Positions 18,268-29,101 of a stretch of DNA of 64,000 nt are shown in pieces (the stretch's first letter is position 1; the number at the start of each line of letters is the position of its first letter). The notes beneath the pieces are model-generated. The model did not search any database, was not told the origin of the DNA, and was given only the letters and a program-made list of their open reading frames with translations. Both the position numbers and the translations under genes were made by a program. This DNA is from Flavobacteriales bacterium. Its GTDB lineage: Bacteria > Bacteroidota > Bacteroidia > CAIKAF01. The stretch lies in the NCBI GenBank assembly GCA_025055635.1, contig JANWWQ010000007.1, positions 1,711-65,710 of the forward strand, in the 5' to 3' direction.

Positions 18268-18290
18268 CAGTTAATTGCCAAAATTAACTG
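18268..18290. promoter_or_regulatory. perfect 9-bp inverted repeat CAGTTAATT-n5-AATTAACTG; candidate operator at the eat 5' end
   Basis: A palindrome 7-29 nt upstream of the eat start codon on the minus strand, in the eat / lipoprotein divergent intergenic region. Confidence 0.35.
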
Positions 18291-18383
18291 GAGCCGGTGA
18301 ACAACGGTTTGCTATTAAAAACCGTCTTTTAAATGAAAAGAGATTACATTTGCCTCTATATAAAGTTAAAATATAAAGAACCT

Positions 18384-19028
18384 ATGAATTTGCGTAGATT
18401 CTTATTTCTATCATTGTGGGGAGCCCTTTTTGCGGCCATGACAGCCTGTAAAAAAGGGGAAAACGATCCGTTTTTTTCATTCAAGAGCCGCAATGCCCGT
18501 CTAAAAGGTACTTGGAAACTGGTAGGAAAGGAAGCCGTCCTTGGCAACTCGGTATTAGTGGGTCAAGCTCCTCCTGTCAACTATTACGTGGCCTCTACCT
18601 ATGACGGAACCAAAGAAATCATGACTATCACCTCTAATAACATCACCACCAAAATGGTATATTACGACAGTGAAATCACTTTTTCTGAAAAAGGTGATTT
18701 AAGCTATTCCCTTTTCATCTATTTCCTCAGTGATACCCTGAACCAGGTTTTCAAAACTGCTGCATTCCAAGGCACAGGTACTTGGGTATGGAACGACATG
18801 GATAAAAATAAACTGGGCTTGCAATTGATTCCTGACCATTTGCCCATCGTGCCCGATACATTGAATATGGGTACATTGTTCCCATTTGAATTGGCAGGCA
18901 ATTACTATTTGGACCGTTTGTCCAATAAAGAGCTGTGGATGAAAAGGAGCGGCACACGGACTACCCAGATTGATTCCATTGTGACCACCACCTCCTTTGA
19001 AATCAAGTGGTCGTTCCAAAAGAAATGA
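18384..19028 (+). CDS. hypothetical lipoprotein
   Basis: Signal peptide plus lipobox (MNLRRFLFLSLWGALFAAMTAC). I chose the start at 18384 rather than the ORF-track 18333. A terminator follows. Confidence 0.55.
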   Translation: MNLRRFLFLSLWGALFAAMTACKKGENDPFFSFKSRNARLKGTWKLVGKEAVLGNSVLVGQAPPVNYYVASTYDGTKEIMTITSNNITTKMVYYDSEITFSEKGDLSYSLFIYFLSDTLNQVFKTAAFQGTGTWVWNDMDKNKLGLQLIPDHLPIVPDTLNMGTLFPFELAGNYYLDRLSNKELWMKRSGTRTTQIDSIVTTTSFEIKWSFQKK

Positions 19029-19057
19029 TCCTATAATTCCTCACAAAATATCTCGGT

Positions 19058-19084
19058 AACCCCGCTAGTTCGGGGTTTTTTTTT
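19058..19084 (+). terminator. rho-independent terminator (aaccccg / cggggtt plus T9)
   Basis: A 7-bp GC-rich stem with a 6-nt loop is followed by nine Ts, ending at the start codon of the next gene. Confidence 0.65.
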
Positions 19085-20470
19085 ATGAATTTGCCAGATA
19101 GCTTTTTAGAACTTATCAAAAGTCAAGGTATTCCAGACCCGGAAGGCTTTGAGCAAGCCCACCATGTTCCACCCCGCAGTGCTTTTCGCCGCAATCCTGC
19201 AAAATGGAACCCTGCTTGGGATCCCTTTTTTGGCGGCACGGTCTTGCCATGGTGTCCCTGTGGCAGTGTGACTAGTAACAAGACGTTCGCACATCATCCT
19301 GCCTTTCATACAGGGGCTCTGTACGTCCAAGAAGCTTCCTCGCAATTTTTATGGTTCGTCCTGGAAAGCCTATTCCCGTCAGACAAGCCAAGGCCACCTC
19401 TCCTAATAGTGGACCTGTGCGCAGCCCCAGGAGGCAAAAGCACCTTAGCTGCTTCCTGGAAACAGAATGACGACCTTCTAATTGCCCTAGAGAACCAATC
19501 TACACGCCTTCCGGCTCTGGAAGAAAATATTCTTAAATGGGGCCGTAGTGGGGTGTTGGTGGCCGGAGGGCCGACCTACCGCTGGGAGCTCATGCCTGGA
19601 CAGGCTGATGTTGTCATTGCCGATGTGCCTTGTAGCGGCGAAGGGCTTTTTCGCAAAGACTCAGCTTACGTAAAAAATTGGCGAACGGCCCTACGAAAAA
19701 GCTGCCCCGCTGTGCAGAAAAAAATTCTGCAAGACGCCACCACAGCTCTGAAGCCTGGCGGTTTTTTGATATACAGTACATGCACATACAACCCAGAAGA
19801 GAATATCTTACAGATGGCCAGATTAACACGTCAAGGTTGGCTGTGTGTCACACCTGGTACACCTTCAGCCTGGAACCTAGAATTGCAAGAACAAGATGGA
19901 GCTCGGGGTTGGCAATTTTATCCTCACAGGCAACCTGGAGAAGGATTTTTTATTAGCGTTCTTCAGAAGCCAGGCGAACCTAAAACATCAGAACAAGACA
20001 ACTCCCCAAAAAGCAAAAAGAAACACGCTACGCCACATGGTAGGAGGGAGAAAAAAATGCCAAAGAGCTTAAACCTACCAGATTATCTAGAACCCTATGA
20101 GTACCAAGGCCATTATTATGCTGTACCCAAGATGTGGCTGCCTTTGATAGATTCCCTTACAGAGGTGTTCAAAATTCTGCTTCCGGGAGTACCGCTGGGC
20201 ACTTGGCGAAGAGAAAAATGGGAGTGGCATACCGCAGTGGGGCATTGCCCGGAGCTTGCTTTGGACATCCCTTTTATGGAGGTGGATTATTCGCAGGCCG
20301 TCCGCTATCTAGCCTGCCAAACTTTGGACCTCCGCCTGGAGGGACCTACCTTATTAAGATGGGAGGGCGTGAATCTTGGTTTAGCTAAATCTGTGCCGGG
20401 TCGACCATTCGTGTCGTTGTACCCAGCCTCCTGGCGCTTACGGCGCCTGCCCCCAGGTATTCAGACGTAA
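19085..20470 (+). CDS. rRNA cytosine-C5 methyltransferase, RsmB/RsmF (NOL1/NOP2/Sun) family
   Basis: SAM-binding DLCAAPGGKS, catalytic DVPCSGEG and TCTYNPEEN motifs are present. 461 aa with a C-terminal extension. Confidence 0.8.
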   Translation: MNLPDSFLELIKSQGIPDPEGFEQAHHVPPRSAFRRNPAKWNPAWDPFFGGTVLPWCPCGSVTSNKTFAHHPAFHTGALYVQEASSQFLWFVLESLFPSDKPRPPLLIVDLCAAPGGKSTLAASWKQNDDLLIALENQSTRLPALEENILKWGRSGVLVAGGPTYRWELMPGQADVVIADVPCSGEGLFRKDSAYVKNWRTALRKSCPAVQKKILQDATTALKPGGFLIYSTCTYNPEENILQMARLTRQGWLCVTPGTPSAWNLELQEQDGARGWQFYPHRQPGEGFFISVLQKPGEPKTSEQDNSPKSKKKHATPHGRREKKMPKSLNLPDYLEPYEYQGHYYAVPKMWLPLIDSLTEVFKILLPGVPLGTWRREKWEWHTAVGHCPELALDIPFMEVDYSQAVRYLACQTLDLRLEGPTLLRWEGVNLGLAKSVPGRPFVSLYPASWRLRRLPPGIQT

Positions 20471-21897
20471 GACATTTTGATCATGTTGCTCATACCGCGC
20501 TCCTCCATGGGAATGCTGGCCACATGCACCACGAGGTCTCCGGGCTTCACATGACCATGCTGTCGGAGCCATAACTTGATATCGGCAATTGTATGATCGG
20601 TGCTGACGAACTTATCGTAGAGCGCTGGCGTGATGCCCCATACCAAATTCAGCGTACGAATGAGCGTCGGATTGGAAGTGAATGCAAACACTCGGGCGCG
20701 GGGGCGGAAGCTACTTATGCGTATAGCCGAATAGCCTGATCCCGTCATGGCCACGATGGCTGCGGCGCCGGCCTCATTGGCCAAGATACAGGCATTGCGG
20801 CATATATATTCCGAAATACGCCTGGGAGCTAGCACATTGGTATCCAGCTTCAAATCAGGCAGAACAGGGAATGGCCGTTCATGACTCTCCAGAAACCGCA
20901 TGATTCTCTTCATAGTACGCACTACCTCTACAGGGTGTCGGCCAGTGGAAGTTTCAGCACTGAGCATGAGCGCATCAGCACCATCCAGAATGCTGTTGGC
21001 AGCGTCGTTAACTTCCGCCCGAGTGGGTGTGGTCTGCGTGATCATACTTTCCATCATTTGCGTGGCAATAATGACAGGTCGGGCCTTCTCAAGACATTTT
21101 TTGACGATGGTCTTTTGAAGCAGAGGCACCTCTTCCATTGGCAGCTCCACGCCCAGGTCTCCCCGCGCCACCATCACAGCATCCGCTTCCTGGATGATGT
21201 CGTCCAACTCATAAAGGGCCTCGGGTTTTTCAATTTTTGCCACTACCCGAGCTTCCTTGTGATACTTACGGATGAGATGTTTCAGTTCCAGCACATCGGA
21301 AGCCGAGCGTACGAAGGAAAGCCCCACCCACTCCACATCCTTAGATAAGACAAACTCTAGATCCTTAAGATCTTTTTCTGTAAGAGCCGGAAGGCTCACA
21401 TGGGTGTCTGGTAGGTTCACCCCTTTGCGCGGAAACAGCACACCACCATATACCACCTTCACCCGTACGTTTTCGTTCCGATCTGTGTCCACCACTTCCA
21501 GCCCAATCTTGCCGTCATCCAGCAGGACGCGGTGGCCGGGTTTTACATCTTTAGCAAAGGAAGAATAATTTATGGAAAGAAGACGCGGATTGCCTGCTAC
21601 AGGGCGAGTGGTTATGGTGAGTTCCTCATTGTCCTTCAGTTCTATGCTTGCACTTTCCAGATCACCAATACGAATTTTAGGACCCTGCAGGTCGGCCAAG
21701 ATGGGTACATGGGTCCCTAATTCCTCGTTAAGCCGGCGTACAGTATCAATGATGGAACTGAGTTTTTCATGAGTGCTATGCGAGCAATTTATGCGGCACA
21801 CATCCACTCCTTCAAGGAGCATGGCCCGCAAAACCTCTGGTTCGGAGGAAGCCGGGCCTATAGTGGCTATTAGTTTGGTAAGGGTACTAGTTTTCAT
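20461..21897 (-). CDS. pyk: pyruvate kinase
   Basis: The N-terminus TKLIATIGPAS, MVARGDLGVE and overall PK architecture are present. 478 aa. Confidence 0.9.
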   Translation of the reverse strand: MKTSTLTKLIATIGPASSEPEVLRAMLLEGVDVCRINCSHSTHEKLSSIIDTVRRLNEELGTHVPILADLQGPKIRIGDLESASIELKDNEELTITTRPVAGNPRLLSINYSSFAKDVKPGHRVLLDDGKIGLEVVDTDRNENVRVKVVYGGVLFPRKGVNLPDTHVSLPALTEKDLKDLEFVLSKDVEWVGLSFVRSASDVLELKHLIRKYHKEARVVAKIEKPEALYELDDIIQEADAVMVARGDLGVELPMEEVPLLQKTIVKKCLEKARPVIIATQMMESMITQTTPTRAEVNDAANSILDGADALMLSAETSTGRHPVEVVRTMKRIMRFLESHERPFPVLPDLKLDTNVLAPRRISEYICRNACILANEAGAAAIVAMTGSGYSAIRISSFRPRARVFAFTSNPTLIRTLNLVWGITPALYDKFVSTDHTIADIKLWLRQHGHVKPGDLVVHVASIPMEERGMSNMIKMSYV

Positions 21898-21908
21898 TTA
21901 ATGCTAAA

Positions 21909-22334
21909 TCAACGTACAAGAAGTTCGTGATGTTCTTTTTCGTCTAGGTAAACTTCAAGCACAAATTCCACACCCTGACAACCGCGGAGACGTTCCTTGA
22001 GATGGATCACATCGCCCGTGGATATTTCGCCAAACACCAAAAAGATGTAGTCCAAGGGTCCATAATCATCCAAAAGCAAAGAGGCATCCTCTGACCTGTT
22101 GGATACCAGGCGGTAAAAGCGGAATACTTCCTCGTGGTTGTATTCATATTGTAAATATTTATGAGATGTCTTGAACCTGCGGTTATAGGCGATGTAATAT
22201 CCCCTCAGTGTGAGGCGGGTATGCAGGACCTTGTCCAGCCGAAAAGCCAAAGTGTATTCGGGTAGGGCCGAAACAATACCCAAGGCCAAGGGATATTCGT
22301 CCAGAGAAAGGTCAAGCGAAAGCCTGCGTGCCAC
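21909..22334 (-). CDS. hypothetical protein (small acidic protein upstream of pyk)
   Basis: 141 aa, no recognised motif. It is co-oriented with pyk and sits 12 bp from it. Confidence 0.45.
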   Translation of the reverse strand: MARRLSLDLSLDEYPLALGIVSALPEYTLAFRLDKVLHTRLTLRGYYIAYNRRFKTSHKYLQYEYNHEEVFRFYRLVSNRSEDASLLLDDYGPLDYIFLVFGEISTGDVIHLKERLRGCQGVEFVLEVYLDEKEHHELLVR

Positions 22335-22739
22335 AGCTCCGAAGTTACAAAGTACGCTCGGCCCCCTATTATTTGTTTATCATTTTAGGGCAAAAATTAA
22401 AAACCCATAAATAAAAAGCCAATAATTGCGGCAAAAAGAGTTGGCCGCCAACCTGCGACCCATGCCCAGACCAATCTGCTCTTACCAGAATTACTCCACT
22501 GCTGTTCCCTTAATAGATATAATATCAGCACATTCCCCCCAAAAAAGCTAATGTTATGTTCATGAAGACCCCAGATGGTGAAATAGACTTTGATAATTCG
22601 GAAAGCGCCTTTAAAATGTCTGTATGGCAATCCTTGCTCATCCTTTGACAGCAAAAAATACTCCCCGCCAAGGGCATCAACGTTCAAAAAATGAATAAGC
22701 TAATAGCTCTTGTTTCTTTCCCGAACTGGTATATTTTAG

Positions 22740-22747
22740 TACCTTTG
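22740..22747 (+). promoter_or_regulatory. candidate Bacteroidetes -7 promoter box (TACCTTTG) for gyrB
   Basis: An exact TAnnTTTG match lies 17 nt upstream of the gyrB ATG. Confidence 0.3.
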
Positions 22748-22758
22748 GCCAATTTTAA

Positions 22759-24726
<1,968 letters not shown>

Positions 24727-24732
24727 GAGTTT

Positions 24733-26607
24733 TTGATTTCCTCTTCCCTGCAAATCCCTCCCCGATTATTTCCAGTTTCATCGGCGGACCGACTTCGGGC
24801 CGCTTTGATTGCTATCGCATCTTTTATCTTATACGCTCCGCCTTTTAGCCATCAGCTTAACTCTGATGCCGCCGTTCATATATTGATGTCTCTCCGGTGG
24901 TATGGTTTAGAGTCCCTTTACTTCTGGGGGCAAGACCGGTTGGGGAGTTTGGTGCCCCTCCTGGCCTTCCCCTTTGTACAGGCGGGTTGCGATCCCGTGT
25001 GGACGTACTCCTTGGTACTTTGGCTGATGCCAGCCTTGGCATGGGAAGCCCTTTCACCCCTTGCACGCTGGCCTTTTGCCCGGCTCCTGCTAGCTTGGAT
25101 TCTATGGATACCTTACCCCACGGCCGTGGAATACCTTTTGCCAGGCCATCCCTATGCCCCCCAGTTAGCATTGCTGGGCTGGTCCTGGCGCCTGGCCCTT
25201 GTGGCGCAAGGAAGATCCGGTTTTTTGCTCCTGAGCGGCTTTCTCACAGGAATGGCCCTCTGGGTTTCAGACTTTTCTGTGGTTTTCGGTGGGATTCTGG
25301 CCTTGGGATGGGCTTATACCCTTTTCGCACACAAAGAGTCCCGTCAAAGGTTATTGACCCAAGCCTTCATTTGGATTTTGGGCCTTATCCCTCCCGTTCT
25401 AGGTATCATCGTCCTAAAAGAACTTCATCCCTACCCCGTGGCCTACTATGGCCGATGGTTGGGTACATGGAAAGGCTTCTTACAGGGCCTTGAAGTTCTT
25501 GGAAAAGCCCTCGGCTCGTTGTTAAGGGAATTCAGACCAAATCCTTACTTAACAGTGTTTGGAGGATGTACGGGGCTCGTGGTGGCCTTTTTTGTACAGG
25601 GTTTATTATCAAAGTATCCGTTGAAAGCAGAAAAAACTACCAGCAGTACCCTTTTATTCAGCTTGTCCAATGCCACATTGGGCTTATTAGGACTTTTAGC
25701 ATCAAGCTGGGTACAAGGTTCTGGTTTTGAGGCCCGCTATTTTGCATATCCGTTATGGTGGATGGGCGTGGCTCTGGTATTTATGACAGATGTAAATGGT
25801 ATAAACCCTCGCGGCATTTTAATGACCCTTTTCCTAGCGATAGGCTTTACAGCCTATGGCTTTCGCACCGCTGAGAGAGAGTTTGTCCTTAGTAGGCTGG
25901 ACGCGCGAGCCTTTTCCTTAAAACAATTACGAGAAGAGGCTATTCCTGAACGGGGAGGCATCGTGGCATCTTACTGGAACAGCTATATCCAGGCATTAGG
26001 AAGAAATCCCCGCCTACCCCTCACCGCTGAGGAAACCACTGCACGACAACCTCAACTGGCCTTGGAAACCCTTCAGCAAGATAGCGTCTGGGTGTGCGGC
26101 AGTAATTGGCTCACTCAATATCCTACTTATTTAGTCCAATTTAACAGAGTCCTTCATAGTACCGATATGATACGTAGCGGTACCCGTTTCCATTGGTGTC
26201 TTTACAAGACGTTAGGCCATACAGAGATAAAAAAATTATGGCATCCCGTAACTTGGTCAGTCGCACCAGACCGTATAGACCTCGCACCTTACGACACCTC
26301 GTCGGTGTATTGCTTCCTGGCCCCAACTGAACAAAAAGGATTTGAATGTCAGTTGTGGATAGAGTTTTCTAAAAAAGGAACCAACCCACCAGTGAACATT
26401 TTATTATTTGAAAATAATCATCAAAAAGAACCTATTATTTCTATGCCATTTTTCAGATTTCCCAATTGCCAAAGCGATACGTGTTTGTTTTCAGTTCGAT
26501 TAAAAACACTAAAAGACACTCTTTACTTAGCGTGGAGCAACTACTCTTCCCTCACCATTTCTTTCAGAATCCTAAAAACAGGCTTGGTATGGATGCCGAA
26601 AATTTGA
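24733..26607 (+). CDS. hypothetical polytopic membrane protein with a C-terminal soluble domain
   Basis: 624 aa. About 10 predicted TM helices are rich in Trp, Leu and Pro, followed by a roughly 220-aa C-terminal domain. TTG start 7 bp after gyrB. No motif recognised. Confidence 0.5.
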   Translation: MISSSLQIPPRLFPVSSADRLRAALIAIASFILYAPPFSHQLNSDAAVHILMSLRWYGLESLYFWGQDRLGSLVPLLAFPFVQAGCDPVWTYSLVLWLMPALAWEALSPLARWPFARLLLAWILWIPYPTAVEYLLPGHPYAPQLALLGWSWRLALVAQGRSGFLLLSGFLTGMALWVSDFSVVFGGILALGWAYTLFAHKESRQRLLTQAFIWILGLIPPVLGIIVLKELHPYPVAYYGRWLGTWKGFLQGLEVLGKALGSLLREFRPNPYLTVFGGCTGLVVAFFVQGLLSKYPLKAEKTTSSTLLFSLSNATLGLLGLLASSWVQGSGFEARYFAYPLWWMGVALVFMTDVNGINPRGILMTLFLAIGFTAYGFRTAEREFVLSRLDARAFSLKQLREEAIPERGGIVASYWNSYIQALGRNPRLPLTAEETTARQPQLALETLQQDSVWVCGSNWLTQYPTYLVQFNRVLHSTDMIRSGTRFHWCLYKTLGHTEIKKLWHPVTWSVAPDRIDLAPYDTSSVYCFLAPTEQKGFECQLWIEFSKKGTNPPVNILLFENNHQKEPIISMPFFRFPNCQSDTCLFSVRLKTLKDTLYLAWSNYSSLTISFRILKTGLVWMPKI

Positions 26608-26667
26608 GGAATTTAATAGAAATTTGGAATTATCCAATTTTAAAGGGAAGAGAAGGAAACGAAGTTT

Positions 26668-27078
26668 TTATTCCATTATTCCTCCCATTTTGACAATCCT
26701 TTGAAACTCCCTTTCCTGCACTGGCATCACCGACAAGCGGGACTGTTTTAGCAGAATGAGCCCCTGAAGTTCGGTGGTAGACTTTAATAGCTTAAGCGGC
26801 ACAGGTTGCTTAAAGGGCATATGAGGCTCAATGTCCGCACAAAACCACCGACCGCCGCTGCCCGGTTCTTCATAGGGTTCTGAGACAACTTTAGCTACGC
26901 CCACAATTGCTTTTTCATCCCCACTATGGTAAAACAAAAGACTATCACCAGGTTGCCAATTTTTAAGATAATTGCGGGCTTGGAAGTTGCGGATACCGTC
27001 CCAGCGGGTGCGGCCCTCGCGGAGAAGATCGGCCCAGCTGTACGTCTCAGGATCGCTTTTAATGAGGTAGTAGGCCAT
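26668..27078 (-). CDS. EVE (PUA-like) domain protein
   Basis: The N-terminus MAYYLIKSDPETYSWADL and a length of 136 aa are typical of EVE/DUF55 proteins. Confidence 0.8.
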   Translation of the reverse strand: MAYYLIKSDPETYSWADLLREGRTRWDGIRNFQARNYLKNWQPGDSLLFYHSGDEKAIVGVAKVVSEPYEEPGSGGRWFCADIEPHMPFKQPVPLKLLKSTTELQGLILLKQSRLSVMPVQEREFQRIVKMGGIME

Positions 27079-27091
27079 AAATAGAATTTTA

Positions 27092-27796
27092 TTATGGATT
27101 GGTTAGAGAATTATCGGCGACTAGAGTGCCTTTTGCAATAAGGAATTGTCCCGTTCCGTATAGGCTGAGGATGAACAAATCGGAGAGGGGTAATCCCTTA
27201 GGCAATACGTAGTGATGCAAGGCAATGAAAAAATCAGATAGAAGAAACAACACGGCTCCTAAGAATGCCCAAACCATTAGGCCTCCAATCAAGCGCCAGG
27301 CATACCAGGCATACCACCCCATCACGCAAATTATTAAACTATATAAAAGTACGGGTAAAAGCAGGGCATTGCGGGGAGGAGACTGGAAGGAAGGTGCGAG
27401 AAAGGCAGCCACACTCACATAAAATACCAGTCCCACCCCCAGCGAGGTATATTTAGGCAGTAATCCCATGGACCTACCGCCGATATAGTATCGGAATCCA
27501 GCAATGTACAGAAGGTGGCCCACCAGAAAGCTGGCTAAACCTGCCAGAAAATACTTTCCCGTAGTATCCATTAGAAAAATATCCCCCAGCCACCCGCAGG
27601 TAAACCCTAGAGAAAAGAATAGACGGGGCTTTTTAAAAGCATTTGGAATGAGCGCATACCAACCCAGTAATAAAGGCATCAACAGGGGTTTGCTACTATA
27701 ATGTAAAAGTTTTTGACCTCCCTCACCGCCCCATATGGCCAGTACCAAAGCACCGAAATAAAGGAAAATTAAGAGTTTCTTAAGTCTTTTTTTCAT
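27092..27796 (-). CDS. YhhN/TMEM86 family protein (lysoplasmalogenase family)
   Basis: 234 aa, 7-8 TM. The motifs GWLGDIFLM and LVGHLLY are characteristic of the YhhN family. It overlaps the upstream hydroxylase by 17 nt. Confidence 0.75.
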   Translation of the reverse strand: MKKRLKKLLIFLYFGALVLAIWGGEGGQKLLHYSSKPLLMPLLLGWYALIPNAFKKPRLFFSLGFTCGWLGDIFLMDTTGKYFLAGLASFLVGHLLYIAGFRYYIGGRSMGLLPKYTSLGVGLVFYVSVAAFLAPSFQSPPRNALLLPVLLYSLIICVMGWYAWYAWRLIGGLMVWAFLGAVLFLLSDFFIALHHYVLPKGLPLSDLFILSLYGTGQFLIAKGTLVADNSLTNP

Positions 27797-29039
27797 ACAG
27801 GAAATTTATGGGGTCCATTTTTTCCTCATTAATCCAATAAATCCATGAAAGCCCCCAAGCTAAGACACTTGCGCCCATCACGCCGGGCAAAGGAGGATGC
27901 GCAGGTCCCCAAAATATCCAAGAGAACGAGAAGACCATGGAGCCCATTAGCCGAATGCTTTCCAAACGATTAACGCGTACAGGTTCATGTAGGATAGTGC
28001 CAAAACATCCTAAATGAGCAAGCAGCAGAATTGCCCAGCCCAACAGCCAGCACCAGTCTGGGAATTTTTTTATCAACGCCGGACCCAGGTATAGAAAAGC
28101 CGAAGTGCTCAATACTGATAAGCAAAATTGAAAAAAAATCCAGCGTGACAAGGGAAGAGGCAAGGAAACTTCAAACTTTTCTACAGAATTTCTTGAAACG
28201 ATCGGCGGTTTTTCAGGGCCACCGAGGTAGTCTGGCTTCCAGCCAGGCATGGCCCACCAGGTTTTGAGACGATCCCAAAATAGGCGGGTCTGAGAGGCTA
28301 GGCGAACTAAGTAGCGCCAATACTGAAAGTTGGCCGTAAAGGGATTGAAGCTGCGTAAAGGCGTTGTAATGCCATACACGACGGGCGCTTTTTCCGGCTC
28401 AAAGGTGCCAAAAATGCGATCCCAAATGATGAGGGTCCCCCCATGGTTGCGATCTATGTACTGGGGATTACGACCATGATGCACTCGGTGGTGGGAAGGG
28501 GTATTCAGAATCCACTCCAAGGGCCCTAGCCGGCCAATAAGTTCCGTATGGATCCAGAACTGGTATAACGTGTTGAAGGCAGCCACCGTGAGCAAATGCA
28601 CCGGATGAAAGCCGATCCAAGCCAGAGGCACATAAAAAAGCCAGGAGAAAAACTGTTGAAACCATGACTGGCGCAAGGCTACACTAAGGTTGTAATCTTC
28701 GCTCTGGTGATGGACCACATGGGCAGCCCATAGAAAGTTGATTTCGTGACTCAAACGGTGAAACCAATAATAACAAAAATCTACCCCCAGAAATAGAGCT
28801 ATCCACATCCACCATGTGGTAGGAAGGGTAAAGAGGCGCCAAAGATCATAGACATACCCGTAAGCAGCCACAGTACCCACACTGAGGAAGAGCCCAATGA
28901 CTTGCTGACCCACTCCACAGCCAATATTAGTCAGCATATCCGCCAATCTGTACACGCGCATGCCCCGATGCCATGCCCACCAAAATTCCAAGGCCATGAG
29001 GACCACAAAAACGGGAATAGCTAAGGCAATATATTCCAT
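27780..29039 (-). CDS. fatty acid hydroxylase superfamily membrane enzyme (sterol desaturase / alkylglycerol monooxygenase-like) with a C-terminal membrane extension
   Basis: Histidine boxes HRLSHE, HVVHHQ and HHRVHHG are present, with the IWDRIFGT motif. 419 aa; the last roughly 190 aa form an extra polytopic domain. Confidence 0.8.
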   Translation of the reverse strand: MEYIALAIPVFVVLMALEFWWAWHRGMRVYRLADMLTNIGCGVGQQVIGLFLSVGTVAAYGYVYDLWRLFTLPTTWWMWIALFLGVDFCYYWFHRLSHEINFLWAAHVVHHQSEDYNLSVALRQSWFQQFFSWLFYVPLAWIGFHPVHLLTVAAFNTLYQFWIHTELIGRLGPLEWILNTPSHHRVHHGRNPQYIDRNHGGTLIIWDRIFGTFEPEKAPVVYGITTPLRSFNPFTANFQYWRYLVRLASQTRLFWDRLKTWWAMPGWKPDYLGGPEKPPIVSRNSVEKFEVSLPLPLSRWIFFQFCLSVLSTSAFLYLGPALIKKFPDWCWLLGWAILLLAHLGCFGTILHEPVRVNRLESIRLMGSMVFSFSWIFWGPAHPPLPGVMGASVLAWGLSWIYWINEEKMDPINFLYEKKT

Positions 29040-29101
29040 TTATTTATAACAAATTTATAGTAAGGGAACGGACCGGAGTTATCAGACTTTCTTCCAACCC
29101 A

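Noticed and set aside
20881-21772. Several 60-155-aa plus-strand ORFs inside pyk, and similar internal ORFs inside relA, gyrB, leuS, ftcD and the GS-like gene
   Set aside because: These are antisense or out-of-frame shadow ORFs embedded in well-supported long genes.
22397-22687. 96-aa minus-strand ORF in the roughly 430-bp gyrB upstream region
   Set aside because: It has no motifs and lies in a region that most likely holds the divergent gyrB and hypothetical-gene promoters.
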